Under the pieces are notes generated by a model. That model had not been told where the DNA came from. It was given only the letters and a program-made list of their open reading frames with translations, and searched no databases. 64,000 nt of DNA from Cetorhinus maximus. Its lineage: Eukaryota. The DNA is taken from the NCBI RefSeq assembly GCF_964194155.1, contig NC_135901.1:21762001-21826000 (forward strand), written 5' to 3'. A program made the translations under genes and the position numbers. The stretch's first letter is position 1. Every line of letters begins with the position of its first letter. Positions 12,660-22,330 of this stretch are shown one piece after another.

Positions 12660-13258
12660 TCATTCACGGGATATGGGCTTCACTAGCTGGGTCAGCATTT
12701 ATTGCCCATCCCTAATTGTCCTTGAGAAGGGGGTGGTGAGCTGCCTTCTTGAACCGCTGCAGTCTATGTGGTGTAGGTACACCCACAGTGCTGTTAGGAA
12801 GGGAGTTCAAGGATTTTGACCCAGTGACAGTGAAGGAACGGCCGATATATTTCCAAGTCAGGATGGTGAATGGATTGGATGAGAACTTCCAGATGGCGGT
12901 GTTCCCATCTATCTGCTGCCCTTGTCCTTCTAGATGGTAGTGGTAATGGGTTTGAAAGGTGCTGTCAAAGGACCCTTGCTGAATTCCTGCAGTGCATCTT
13001 GTAGATGGTACACACTGCTGCTACTGTGCGTTGGTGGTGGAGGGAGTGAATGTTTGTGGGGACTGCTTTGTCCTCAGCGGCGTTAAGCTTCTTGGGTGTT
13101 CTGGGAGCTGCACTCATCCAGGCAAGCGGGGAGTATTCCATAGCACTCCTGACTTGTGCCTTGTAGACAGTGGACAGGCTTTGGGGAGTCAGGAGGTGAG
13201 TTACTCATCACTGAATTCCTAGCCTCTGACATTCTCTCACAGCCACATTATTTATATA
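12660..13258 (-). mobile_element. Second CR1-clade LINE family (family B) 3' fragment
   Basis: Reverse complement of the 3' end aagggcaattagggatgggcaataaatgctgg seen at 20470 and 47645. Confidence 0.85.
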
Positions 13259-13259
13259 G

Positions 13260-13388
13260 AGATAAAAACAAAAAACTACTGCGGATGCTGGAAATCCAAA
13301 ACAAAAACAGAATTACCCGGAAAAACTCAGCAGGTCTGGAAGCATCAGCAGAGAAGAAAAGAGTTGACGTTTCGAGTCCTCATGACGT
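13260..13388 (-). mobile_element. Young Penelope-like terminus, truncated within the hammerhead
   Basis: Nearly the same as the termini at 21390, 50030 and 51610-51725. Confidence 0.8.
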
Positions 13389-13389
13389 C

Positions 13390-14655
13390 TGTTCCTCTAC
13401 ACTTCTCACTATCATATTCTTTCCCTTTGCCGTGTTTGCCCTCCTCAAATGTATTTATTATCTCACGCTTCTCCAGATTGATTTCCATTTGCTACATATC
13501 TGCCCACCTGATCAATCTATTGATATCTTCCTGCAACCTACAGCTTTCTTCCTCACTGTCAACAAGAAGGCTGGAAGTGTCTTAATCATGCTCCCTATGC
13601 TAATGGCTAAATCATTGATATATACCACAAAAAGCACAAACCTTGTCCTGAGCCATCCAGAACCCAACTGGAAACAGTTTTCCAGTCACTAAAACACCTT
13701 TTGATCATTCCTCTTTGCATCCTGCTGTTCCAGCTGATGACACTTCCTGCAGTTCTGATTGTCTAGGATACGAGAAGTGTCCTGGTTTTCCCAAATAGAA
13801 CTGGATGTGCAGTCCATGGGACTGGGATGTTGTGCCATATCTAGTTATCTAATTATTAACTGACTTAAGAAAAATAAACTTACAATTAAAATAAATAAAG
13901 TTTCAGCGGCTACTCACTAATCAGCTTCTTCCATTGTGCTGAAGTCACCTTATTTTTATAGGGAGTTAACTGAAATGTTTTTTTAACTCTTATTATCTAA
14001 ACACCTCAGAGTTTAATTTACTGAAAAATTAAGACTTCTTCACTGTTAAAATTCCTTTAGTTAGATTCATATTTATCCCCTAGATTTGATGAATGAAACA
14101 CTGACTGTAATTATAAGATAAATTATCAAATTGACTTCAGTTTTATGCTAATTAATGTATCTAGTCTTACTTTTTAGTTGTTTAATGTGGTGACCAAAAC
14201 TATACTCAGTACTTTAACTGTGCTCTAACTAGTGTTTCATACAACTCTAACATAATCTCCTTGCTTTTATATTCTAGGCGCTGGACAAGAAAGGAAAGTG
14301 TCCCAAATGCTTTCTTGACCACCTGAACTACCTGTCCATCCACATTCAGGGATCTGTGGATATGCACCCCAAGGTCCCTCTGTTCCTCTACACTTCTCAG
14401 CATTAACCCTTTTTTTGTCTTGTTGCCCTCCCAAATTCATTATCGCACACTGCTCCAGATTGAATTCCATTTGCCATTTTCCTGCCCATCTGACCAGTCC
14501 ATTAATGTCATTCTGCAGTCCATGGCTTCCTTCCTCATTGTTAAACAAACCAGCAGCTTTTGTATCATCTGCAAATTTCTTAATCATTGCCCCTACATTT
14601 AAGTCTATATCATTGATATAAACCACAAAACTGTGGAACCCCTTTGAAACAGGCG
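13390..14655 (-). mobile_element. CR1 fragments, including a CR1 5' end/ORF1 N-terminus (13725-14175)
   Basis: INDIDLNVGAMIKKFADDTK; RDLGVHIHRSL; ORF1-type MAQHPSPMDCTSSSIWE...CRKCHQL. Confidence 0.75.
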
Positions 14656-14667
14656 TCCAGACATGAT

Positions 14668-15816
14668 TCAGTTCTGGATGAGGTTAAAAGCAGCAATAAC
14701 AGCAGAATCCATCCCCTGCAGTCGCATGTGAACTTGCTGGTGTCTCAGCAGGTTCTTTGACTGAGCGAATCCCTTCCCACACATGGAGCAGGTGAACGGT
14801 CTCTCCCCAGTGTGAACGTGCTGGTGTGTCAGCAGATTCCTTTTACTTTTAAAGCTCTTCTCACAGTCAGAACATTTAAAAGGTCTCTGATCAGTGTGAA
14901 CAAGTTGGTGTGTAGTGAGATGGGATGACTGAGTGAATCTGTTCCCACACAAGGGGCAAGTGTACGGTCTCTCCCCAGTGTGAACTCGCTGGTGTATCAG
15001 AAGGTCAGATGAATCAATGAATTCCTGCCCACACTCAGGGCAGGTGAACAGCCTCTCCCCAGTGTGAACTCGATGGTGTCTCACCAGGTGGGCTAACCGA
15101 GTGAATCCCTTCCCACAGGTAGAGCAGGTGAACGGCCTCTCCCCAGTGTGAGTGTGTTGATGTTTCAGAAGATCCCTTTTGCTTTTAAATTTTTTCTCAC
15201 AGTGAGAACAATGGAACGGTCTCTGATCAGTGTGAACAAATTGGTGTTTCAGAAGGTGGGATGAACAAGTGAATCCCTTCCCACACACGGAGCAGGTGAA
15301 TGGCCTCTCCCCAGTCAGAGTGCGTTGGTGGTTCTGTAAATCCTTTTTACTTTTAAAGCTCTTCTCGCAGTCAGAACAGTTAAAAGGTCTCTTATCTGTA
15401 TGAACAAGTTTGTGTGTCAGGAGGTGGGATGATTGAGTGAATCTCTTCCCACACACTGCGCAGGTGAATGGTCTCTCCCCAGTGTGAGAGCATTGGTGTA
15501 TCAGTAGATCCTTTCTGCTTTTAAAGCTCTTCTGACAGTCAGAACATTTGAATGGTCTTTGGTCAGAATGAACTTGCTGGTGAGTCCGGAGGGTTGATAA
15601 TGCATTAAATCCCTTCCCACATTCAAGGCAGGTGAATGGCCTCTTACCAGTATGAACATGCTGGTGTGTGTAGAGGCTGGATGACTGAGTGAATCCCTTC
15701 CCACACACAGAGCAGGTGAACGGCCTCTCCCCAGTGTGAATACGTCGATGAGTTTCCAACTCAGATGGGTAATTGAATCCCTTCCCACAGTCCCCACATT
15801 TCCACGGTTTCTCCAT
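14668..15816 (-). CDS. Tandem C2H2 zinc-finger protein, 13 fingers (one degenerate), no visible effector domain
   Basis: Open frame; ATG of MEKPWK in ACCATGG context at 15816; finger 6 ends HQRTL; short C-terminal extension. Confidence 0.92.
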   Translation of the reverse strand: MEKPWKCGDCGKGFNYPSELETHRRIHTGERPFTCSVCGKGFTQSSSLYTHQHVHTGKRPFTCLECGKGFNALSTLRTHQQVHSDQRPFKCSDCQKSFKSRKDLLIHQCSHTGERPFTCAVCGKRFTQSSHLLTHKLVHTDKRPFNCSDCEKSFKSKKDLQNHQRTLTGERPFTCSVCGKGFTCSSHLLKHQFVHTDQRPFHCSHCEKKFKSKRDLLKHQHTHTGERPFTCSTCGKGFTRLAHLVRHHRVHTGERLFTCPECGQEFIDSSDLLIHQRVHTGERPYTCPLCGNRFTQSSHLTTHQLVHTDQRPFKCSDCEKSFKSKRNLLTHQHVHTGERPFTCSMCGKGFAQSKNLLRHQQVHMRLQGMDSAVIAAFNLIQN

Positions 15817-16754
15817 GGTGTGGGTGTCCTTGTTTCTCTCCACATTTGACAATCAGTTGAAGCGTCATCCACACACAGAACATGTGTACAGTCCCTCCCT
15901 GCTGTGAATGGTACACTTTTTTTTCAAGCTGTGTTGCTGGTTAAAACTCTTTCCAATCAGTGCACTGGAATACTCTCACTCATGTGTGTATGTCTCAGTG
16001 CTATTCAGTCACAATGTTGTTTGAAATCTTTCCTTACAGTCAGAACAAACAAACATTTCTCCTTCCACATTCAAAGTCCAATGATATTCAGGTTCTGATA
16101 AATCGAGTGACTCTATCAGATCTTGACATGATGTTTGGTCTGAATTTCCCATCTGCAAATCCAACCCTCTGAATACCCTGTAAAAGGAATTTACATTGAA
16201 AGACTCAGAATATTCAAAAAACAAAGGCCATCCTGTCCAACTACTCGGCTGGTTTTTATACACCACATGTTTCTCCTCCCATTCCATGCACCTCATCTCA
16301 TTTTTTCAGCTTATCTTTCTATTCCCATTTCCCTCACATACTCATCTAGTTTCCTTTCAAAATTATCTCAATGGTTTCCTGGGTTTCACACTGTAACCAC
16401 TCTCTGAGTCAAGAAATTTCAAGTGGAAACATTCTCTCCATATCTACCGCGTCCAACCCATTGATCATTGTAAAGATCTCTATCAGCTCACTGCTAACTC
16501 TTCCCTTTTCTAAAGGAAAAAGATAGCTCCAACCTGTTCAATCTTTCATAACAGATGTATTTGTTTTGGTTTACAAAATGAATCACTGTCAATCCAGGAT
16601 AGAAATTGAGAAGAGACAAACATTTCTCTCGGGTTGAGTTTGCTGTGTGTAAATCCTCCCCTTCTAACCCCCTGTAAAAGGAGATTCCAAAATCCATCCC
16701 TGTCAGTCCAGGGTAGAAATGCACAATATTCTCTCCTCCTGCTTACAGGGACAG

Positions 16755-17195
16755 AGATGACCGCGCATGCGCCCTGCTGCTCATTGACCTAGAAAGATGG
16801 CGGCCGTTAACCCGGGCCTGTGACCGGAAGAGGTCGGCAGCTTTGCTCGATTTGGTGCAAACGCGGGTCCGGCAGCTTCTCATTCGGGTCCAGAGACCGA
16901 CACCTAGTGTTTATGAAGCATCCAGTCCATCCTCCGGCACCATTCCTCTCCTCAGTTTCGCTGTTTCTCACCTTTTCATCCCATCCTTCCTCCTTCAGCT
17001 CCCGCAAGCCCCAGACTTCAGTCACAACGACACTGCGCCTGCGCGCAGGGCGCCAGCCGGAAGTATGATCAGGTGGCACCCTTCCTTCATTCCGATTGGT
17101 TGGAGAACCAGCTAGTCCCTCTCGGTCTTCCAGTCCCGCCCCCTCTTCCTATTGGTCCGGAGCTGCCGTCAATCACCCGGGCGTTGTGACGGTTA
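16755..17195 (-). promoter_or_regulatory. CpG-rich promoter/first exon of ZNF gene 14668-15816
   Basis: CGCGCATGCGC (16762), AAGATGGCGGCC YY1-like (16795), TGCGCCTGCGCGCA, CCGGAAGT ETS-like (17057), two ATTGG boxes, CCCGCCCC. Confidence 0.75.
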
Positions 17196-17209
17196 CAAAC
17201 GCTGAGAGC

Positions 17210-17990
17210 GGCCACAGACTCAGCCTGACTTGCTGATTCTTGGCCTCTTGGGAAATTAGAGCTAGAGATGGTGTGTCTACGGAGAGGGAAACAGAGTAAA
17301 TGTTTCAGGCCGCTAAATTTTTATCCAAGCTGGAAGAATTTAGAGATTTAGTTGTTTTCCAGCATGTACGGAGTCAGGGAAATGAGAAGGGGAGAGGATA
17401 GGATGGAAGGCTGGAGTGATTGAATGACAAAGCGGATGATGCAAGGCAACACTGGGTGATAAGGAAAAAAGTAAATAAACTAATGGGACAAGTGAAGAGA
17501 CAAAAGACAGGTCCAGAAGAGGTATGAATGCTAACAGCAGAACAATTACAAGCATCTACTGTCTGAAAAAAATAGGATTGGTGGTTATGATCTGAAATTG
17601 TTGAAAAGAATATTGAGTCCAGAAGGTTGCAAACTGTCTAATCAATGATGATTCCTCGAGTTTTCCTTTGAGATTCATTGGAACAGTGCAGGAGGCTGAG
17701 GACAGAGAGGTCAGAACTGAAGTGAGGCAGAGAACTAAAATAGTAAATGATCAGAAGCTCAGTATCACGTTTGCAAACTGAATGGTGATGTTCCACAAAG
17801 CAGTCACCCAATCTGATTTAATCTCCTCAGTGTAGGAGAGACGGCATCATGAGTAGTGAAACACGATGCTAAATTGCAACAAGTACAAGGAAATCACTGT
17901 GCCACCTGGAAAGCGTGTTGAGGGCCTGGAATGTAGGAAGGGAGGAGGTGAAAGGGTGGGTGCAGCATCTGCTGTGCTCGCACGGAAATG
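17210..17990 (-). mobile_element. Old Penelope-like element fragment (terminus plus GIY-YIG region)
   Basis: Degenerate homology to 49400-50090, e.g. ttgttgaa..atattgagtccagaaggttg and cagtcacccaatctg. Confidence 0.6.
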
Positions 17991-18489
17991 ATTCAAAATG
18001 ATATTCATAAGAAGACCAGAAATAGGAGCAGCAGGAGAACATATGGCCACTTGAGCCTCTGCACCATTAAATGATCTTCCTCCTTAACTCCACTTTTCCT
18101 TCCTATCCCCAAATCCATTGATTCCCCAGTATCTAAACTTTCATGGATTTGCATCTGGAATATATTCAAGACAGAGAATAATTTGCAAGTGCTCCCGATC
18201 ACTGCTCGGCAATCATATTAACTGAACTTTATTCTGGCCTAGTGTCACAGCACTGAAATCTTGTCTTTCTCTGACACGTTATTCTTAATGTCATAATTGA
18301 CAGATTAAGAGTAAAACAGCCACCGGTTCACTGTAAGGAGAAGAGACAACTTTGTAATTACTCCAAAATGTTACAGTCTGGCTCATTAGATCTGGTTATT
18401 CCATCCCATTTTATTTTCATCTCATGGAAAAATGAGTAAAGTACTGAAACATACGCGCTTTTGGGGACAATGGTGAGTTTGCTGCTCAG

Positions 18490-18785
18490 ATTAGCTCAGG
18501 TCTCCATATTATAAGATAGATCTAAAAGGACTGGAGAAGATGCAAGAAAAAAAATACTAGAATGATGCCAGAACTGGCAGGTTACACCTATTAAGAAAGA
18601 CTGGACAGGCTGTAAATGTTTTCTCTGGAAAAGAGAGTGAAGGATGATCTGATCCTTTAAGATTATGAAAGGGTTTGACAGGATAGACAAGTGGAAGATG
18701 TTTTCAATTGCAGACAGAATGAGAATAAATATCATTTAGTCACTAATAAATTTAATATGCAGTTCCAGAGCAACATTTTAAACCA
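18490..18785 (+). mobile_element. Old CR1 fragment
   Basis: Decayed SPYY.KDI..LE..Q...TRMMPEL segment. Confidence 0.55.
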
Positions 18786-18789
18786 GAGA

Positions 18790-19015
18790 TTAAAAACTGA
18801 AAACATTGGAAATACTCAGCATATCTGTGGATGGAGACGGAAGATTAATATTTAAATCTGTGCACAGATGCAGTCCAGTTCTGATGAAAGATCACGGGCC
18901 TGAAATGTAAACTGTTTCTCTATTTACAAATGCTACCAGATCTGCTGAGTATTTCCAAAAATTTTCCAAAAGTTTTTAATTAAGATTTGAAGCATCCACA
19001 GTATTTTGCTTTTCT
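18790..19015. mobile_element. Old inverted pair of Penelope-like termini; hammerhead on + at 18876-18914
   Basis: ggaaatactcagcatatctgtgga on the left, ctgctgagtatttcc on the right; cagtt-CTGATGA-A-stem II-GAAAT-GTA-aactg. Confidence 0.6.
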
Positions 19016-19019
19016 TTAA

Positions 19020-20545
19020 CTGGAGAGTGCTGAAATGAACTCCATGTGACATCAAGAAAGAGCTAAAGACACTGGATACTGCAAAGGCTATGGGCCCAAA
19101 CAATATTCCAGCAATAGTACTGAAGACTTGTGCTCCAGAACTTTCCACGTCCCTAACCTAGCTGTTCCAGTACAGCTATAACACTGGCATCCACCTGGCA
19201 ATGAGGAAAATTCCCCAGGTATTTCCTGTACACAAAATGCAGGACAAATCGAACCTGTCTAATTACCTCCCCATCAGTCTCCAGTCCCAATAATCTGGTC
19301 ATTGACGCCCAGTTTGGGTTCCGCCAGGGCCACTCAGCTCCTGACCACATTACAGCCTTGGTTCAGTCAATGACAAAAGAGCTGAACTCCCGAGGTGAGG
19401 TGAGAGTGACTGCCGTTGACATCACGGCCGCATTTGACCGAGTGTGGTATTAGGTAGCCCTAGTGAAACTGGAGTCAATGAAAATTAGGGAAAACTCTCT
19501 GCTGGTTGGAGTCATACCTAGCAGAAAGGAAGATGGTTGTGGTTGTTGGAGGTCAGTCATCTCAGCTCCAGGACATCACTGCTGGTTGGGCCTCGGACAC
19601 TACCTCAGTTGCTGCATCAAAGACCTTCCTTCCATCACAAAGTCAGAAATGGGGAGGTTCACTGATGACTGCACAATGTTCAGCACCATTTGTGACTCCT
19701 CAGATAGAAGTCAATGTTCAAATGTAGAAAGATCTGGACAATATCTGGACAATATCCAAGCTTGACTGACAAGTGGGAAGTAACATTTGCACACACAAGT
19801 GCCAGGCAATTACCATCTCCAAGAGAGAATCTAACCATCACCCCTTTACATTCAATGGCATTACCATTGCTGAATCCTCCACTATCAACATCCTGGGGGT
19901 TACCATTGACCAGGAACTGAACAAGATTAGCCATACAAATACTGTGGCTACAAGAGCAGGTCAGAGGCTAGGAATCCTGTGGCAATAACTCACCTCCTGA
20001 CTCCATCGTCTACAAGACACAAGTCAGGAGTGTGATGGAATACTCTCCACTTGCCTGGATTGGTGCAGCTCCTACAACACTCAAGAAGCTCAAAGCCATC
20101 CAGGACAAAGCAGCCCACTTGATTGGCACCCCATCCACAAACATTCACTCCCTCCACCACTGACGCACAGTAGCAGAACTGTGTACCATCTACAAAATGC
20201 ACTGCAAGAACTCACCAAGGCTCCTTAGACAGCACCTTCTAAACCCAAGACCACTACCATCTAAAAGGGCAAGGACAGCAGATCTCTCGGAAACACCACC
20301 ACCTGGAACTTCCCATGCAAGTCACTCACCATCCTGACTTGGAAATATACTGCCATTCCTTCGCTGTCACTGGGTCAAAATCCTGGAACTCCCTCCCTAA
20401 CAGCACTGTAGGTGTACCTACACCACATGGACTGCAGTGGTTCAAGAAGCTAGCTTACCACCACCTTCTCAAGGGCAATTAGGGATGGGCAATAAATGCT
20501 GGCCTAGCCAGCTTCGCCCACATCCCGTAAATGAATTTAAAAAAA
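19020..20545 (+). mobile_element. CR1-clade LINE family B, 5'-truncated
   Basis: ALDI.AAFDRVW, ESYLAERKMVVVVGGQSS, F(T)DDCTMFSTI; 3' end ...catcccgtaaatgaatttaaaaaaa. Confidence 0.9.
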
Positions 20546-20547
20546 GA

Positions 20548-20950
20548 TTGTGAAACTAACCACCAGAAGGATTTGTGATTCCCGCCTGAGCTGGAAATTC
20601 TTAGATAAAACTCCACCGTGCAAAGATAATTTGAAAGCTGATTGTGGAAAAGGTTTTCTCAGTCATCCCACTTACTGACGCAACAGCACATTCACATTTG
20701 AGGGAGGAGAATCAGACACATTGTGTGTGCAAAGGCATTCACTCAGTTTGCCCCCTGGTTAACACTCCAACTTTAGAAACTCAACACTTTTGATCTACTA
20801 GTCCATTCTTATTGGCGAGGGATAGTTTAACTCTTATGTCTATGGAAAAAAGCAATCATTTGTTCACCCCACCTGCTGAGACTCCAGTGAGTCCACATCT
20901 AACTGTAGGGGTTTGTTCTGCTGTTAATCACACCCAGGACAGAACTATGG
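20548..20950 (+). pseudogene. Highly decayed ZNF remnant with 3' UTR block
   Basis: DCGKGFSQSSHLLTQQHIH-like segment at 20640-20696; conserved ttctgctgttaatcacacccaggac at 20916. Confidence 0.6.
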
Positions 20951-21389
20951 TGGGGGACCCGTGCTCTTTAGTTGCTGTATCAATTGATTTAGTAAGTTTG
21001 TAACTTGGACAAATGGCTCCAATTGTAATCGGAATTCTGATCGCAAATCACAATGTTCTATTTAAAAATGTCAGATCTCAATGGCGTCGCTCTGACCCAG
21101 CATTCACTGCGGGTAAGACTGTGCCCTATCCACACGACAGGCGCGCCTCGCGCAGGCGTAGTTCCCGACAGAGAGTAGAGCATGCGCAGTGTAGGCTGTC
21201 AGTAGCGCTGCAAGGAACGGGGAAGAAACAATCGAGTGCAGTTGAGTAATGGAGTCGGTGGGTGAGCGGGGAGGATTAGAGCCAGCGGAATGGGCGGGAG
21301 GCTTCATAAATACCACGCGGAAGCTTCAAACCCCGAATAAAAAGTTACCGGTCCCGCATTAGCACCGAAAGGACTATGAGCTGCGGGGT

Positions 21390-21667
21390 TAAAAACAAAA
21401 AGCTAAAAGCTACTGCGGATGCTGGAAATCCAAAACAAAAACAGAATTACCTGGAAAAACTCAGCAGGTCTGGCAGCATCGGTGGAGAAGAAATCAGTTA
21501 ACGTTTCGAGCCTTCACGGCCCTTCGGCAGAACTGAAGCATAGTTAGGAGAAAGGAGACTATGCTTCAGTTCTGCCGAAGGGCCGTGAAGGCTCGAAACG
21601 TTAACTGATTTCTTCTCCACCGATGCTGCCAGACCTGCTGAGTTTTTCCCGGTAATTCTGTTTTTGT
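21390..21667. mobile_element. Miniature palindromic Penelope-like insertion with 15-bp TSD
   Basis: Arms ~21436-21544 and 21558-21667 are near-perfect inverted repeats; TSD tatgagctgcggggt at 21375-21389 and 21668-21682. Confidence 0.92.
21566..21608 (+). ncRNA. Minimal type-I hammerhead-like motif (mirror copy on - strand at ~21494-21536)
   Basis: tcagtt/aactga stem I; CUGCCGA-A core (A6 variant); gggcc/ggctc stem II; GAAAC-GUU with loopless palindromic stem III. Confidence 0.6.
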
Positions 21668-22139
21668 TATGAGCTGCGGGGTGCCTCCCGCTCACAGGCC
21701 CGGTATAGTAGGGCGCATGCGCCGTGATCCTGGATCAAGAGACAGGCAGAGTGGGTTGCCAACCTTCCAGGATTGGACTGGAGTCTCCAGGAGCTGAAGA
21801 TCAATCTGCAGGACACTGCTGTGTGCAGCCCTGGAGAAATATCTTAAGAGCATTAAAAAGATTGTTTTAATTTGTAATTTTCTTTGAACGTTTCTCCTTA
21901 TAAAAATGTTGAAAGTGGGACAAATCATCATCCAATTGCGTCACGAGAAATTTTGCTTTTCAGTTGGCCTGAGAAGGCAGCGTGTCACAAGGAAGGATGT
22001 GTTAGCCGACTAATGGCTGGAGCATGGGGACAAGTCATGTGATGGAACCTCCAGGAATACAATCAATCAGAGTTGGCAAACCTAGAGGAGAGAATATTGT
22101 GAATTTCTGTCCTAGACTGACAGTGATGGTTTCTGTAAA

Positions 22140-22330
22140 CTTACAGGACACTGGAGGATTGATAGACGGGAAACTCAAACCAAACATCACATCAAGATCT
22201 GACAGATTCACTCGATTCATCAGAAACTGAATATCAGCAGCATCTGAATGTGGAAGGTTTGTCTGTTCTGTTTGTGGGAAAAAATTTCAGATATCAATGT
22301 GGCTGGAAAAACATCAAGACACACAAACCC
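22140..22330 (+). pseudogene. ZNF main-exon start truncated by CR1 insertions
   Basis: ttacag acceptor, conserved leader [30 protein letters not shown], first finger VCSVCGKKFQISMWLEKH, then CR1 sequence. Confidence 0.7.

Larger units (their letters stand above)
21075..21730 (+). promoter_or_regulatory. ZNF-type CpG promoter/first exon interrupted by a palindromic PLE
   Basis: GCGCAGGCG, GAGCATGCGCAG (21178), GGCGCATGCGCC (21712); paralogous to 56940-57370. Confidence 0.7.

Noticed and set aside
15853-16296. Programmed UGA readthrough or selenocysteine joining leader fingers to the ZNF ORF
   Set aside because: The leader also has frameshifting indels and extra stops, CGA in paralogs explains the TGA by CpG decay, and no SECIS-like element is evident
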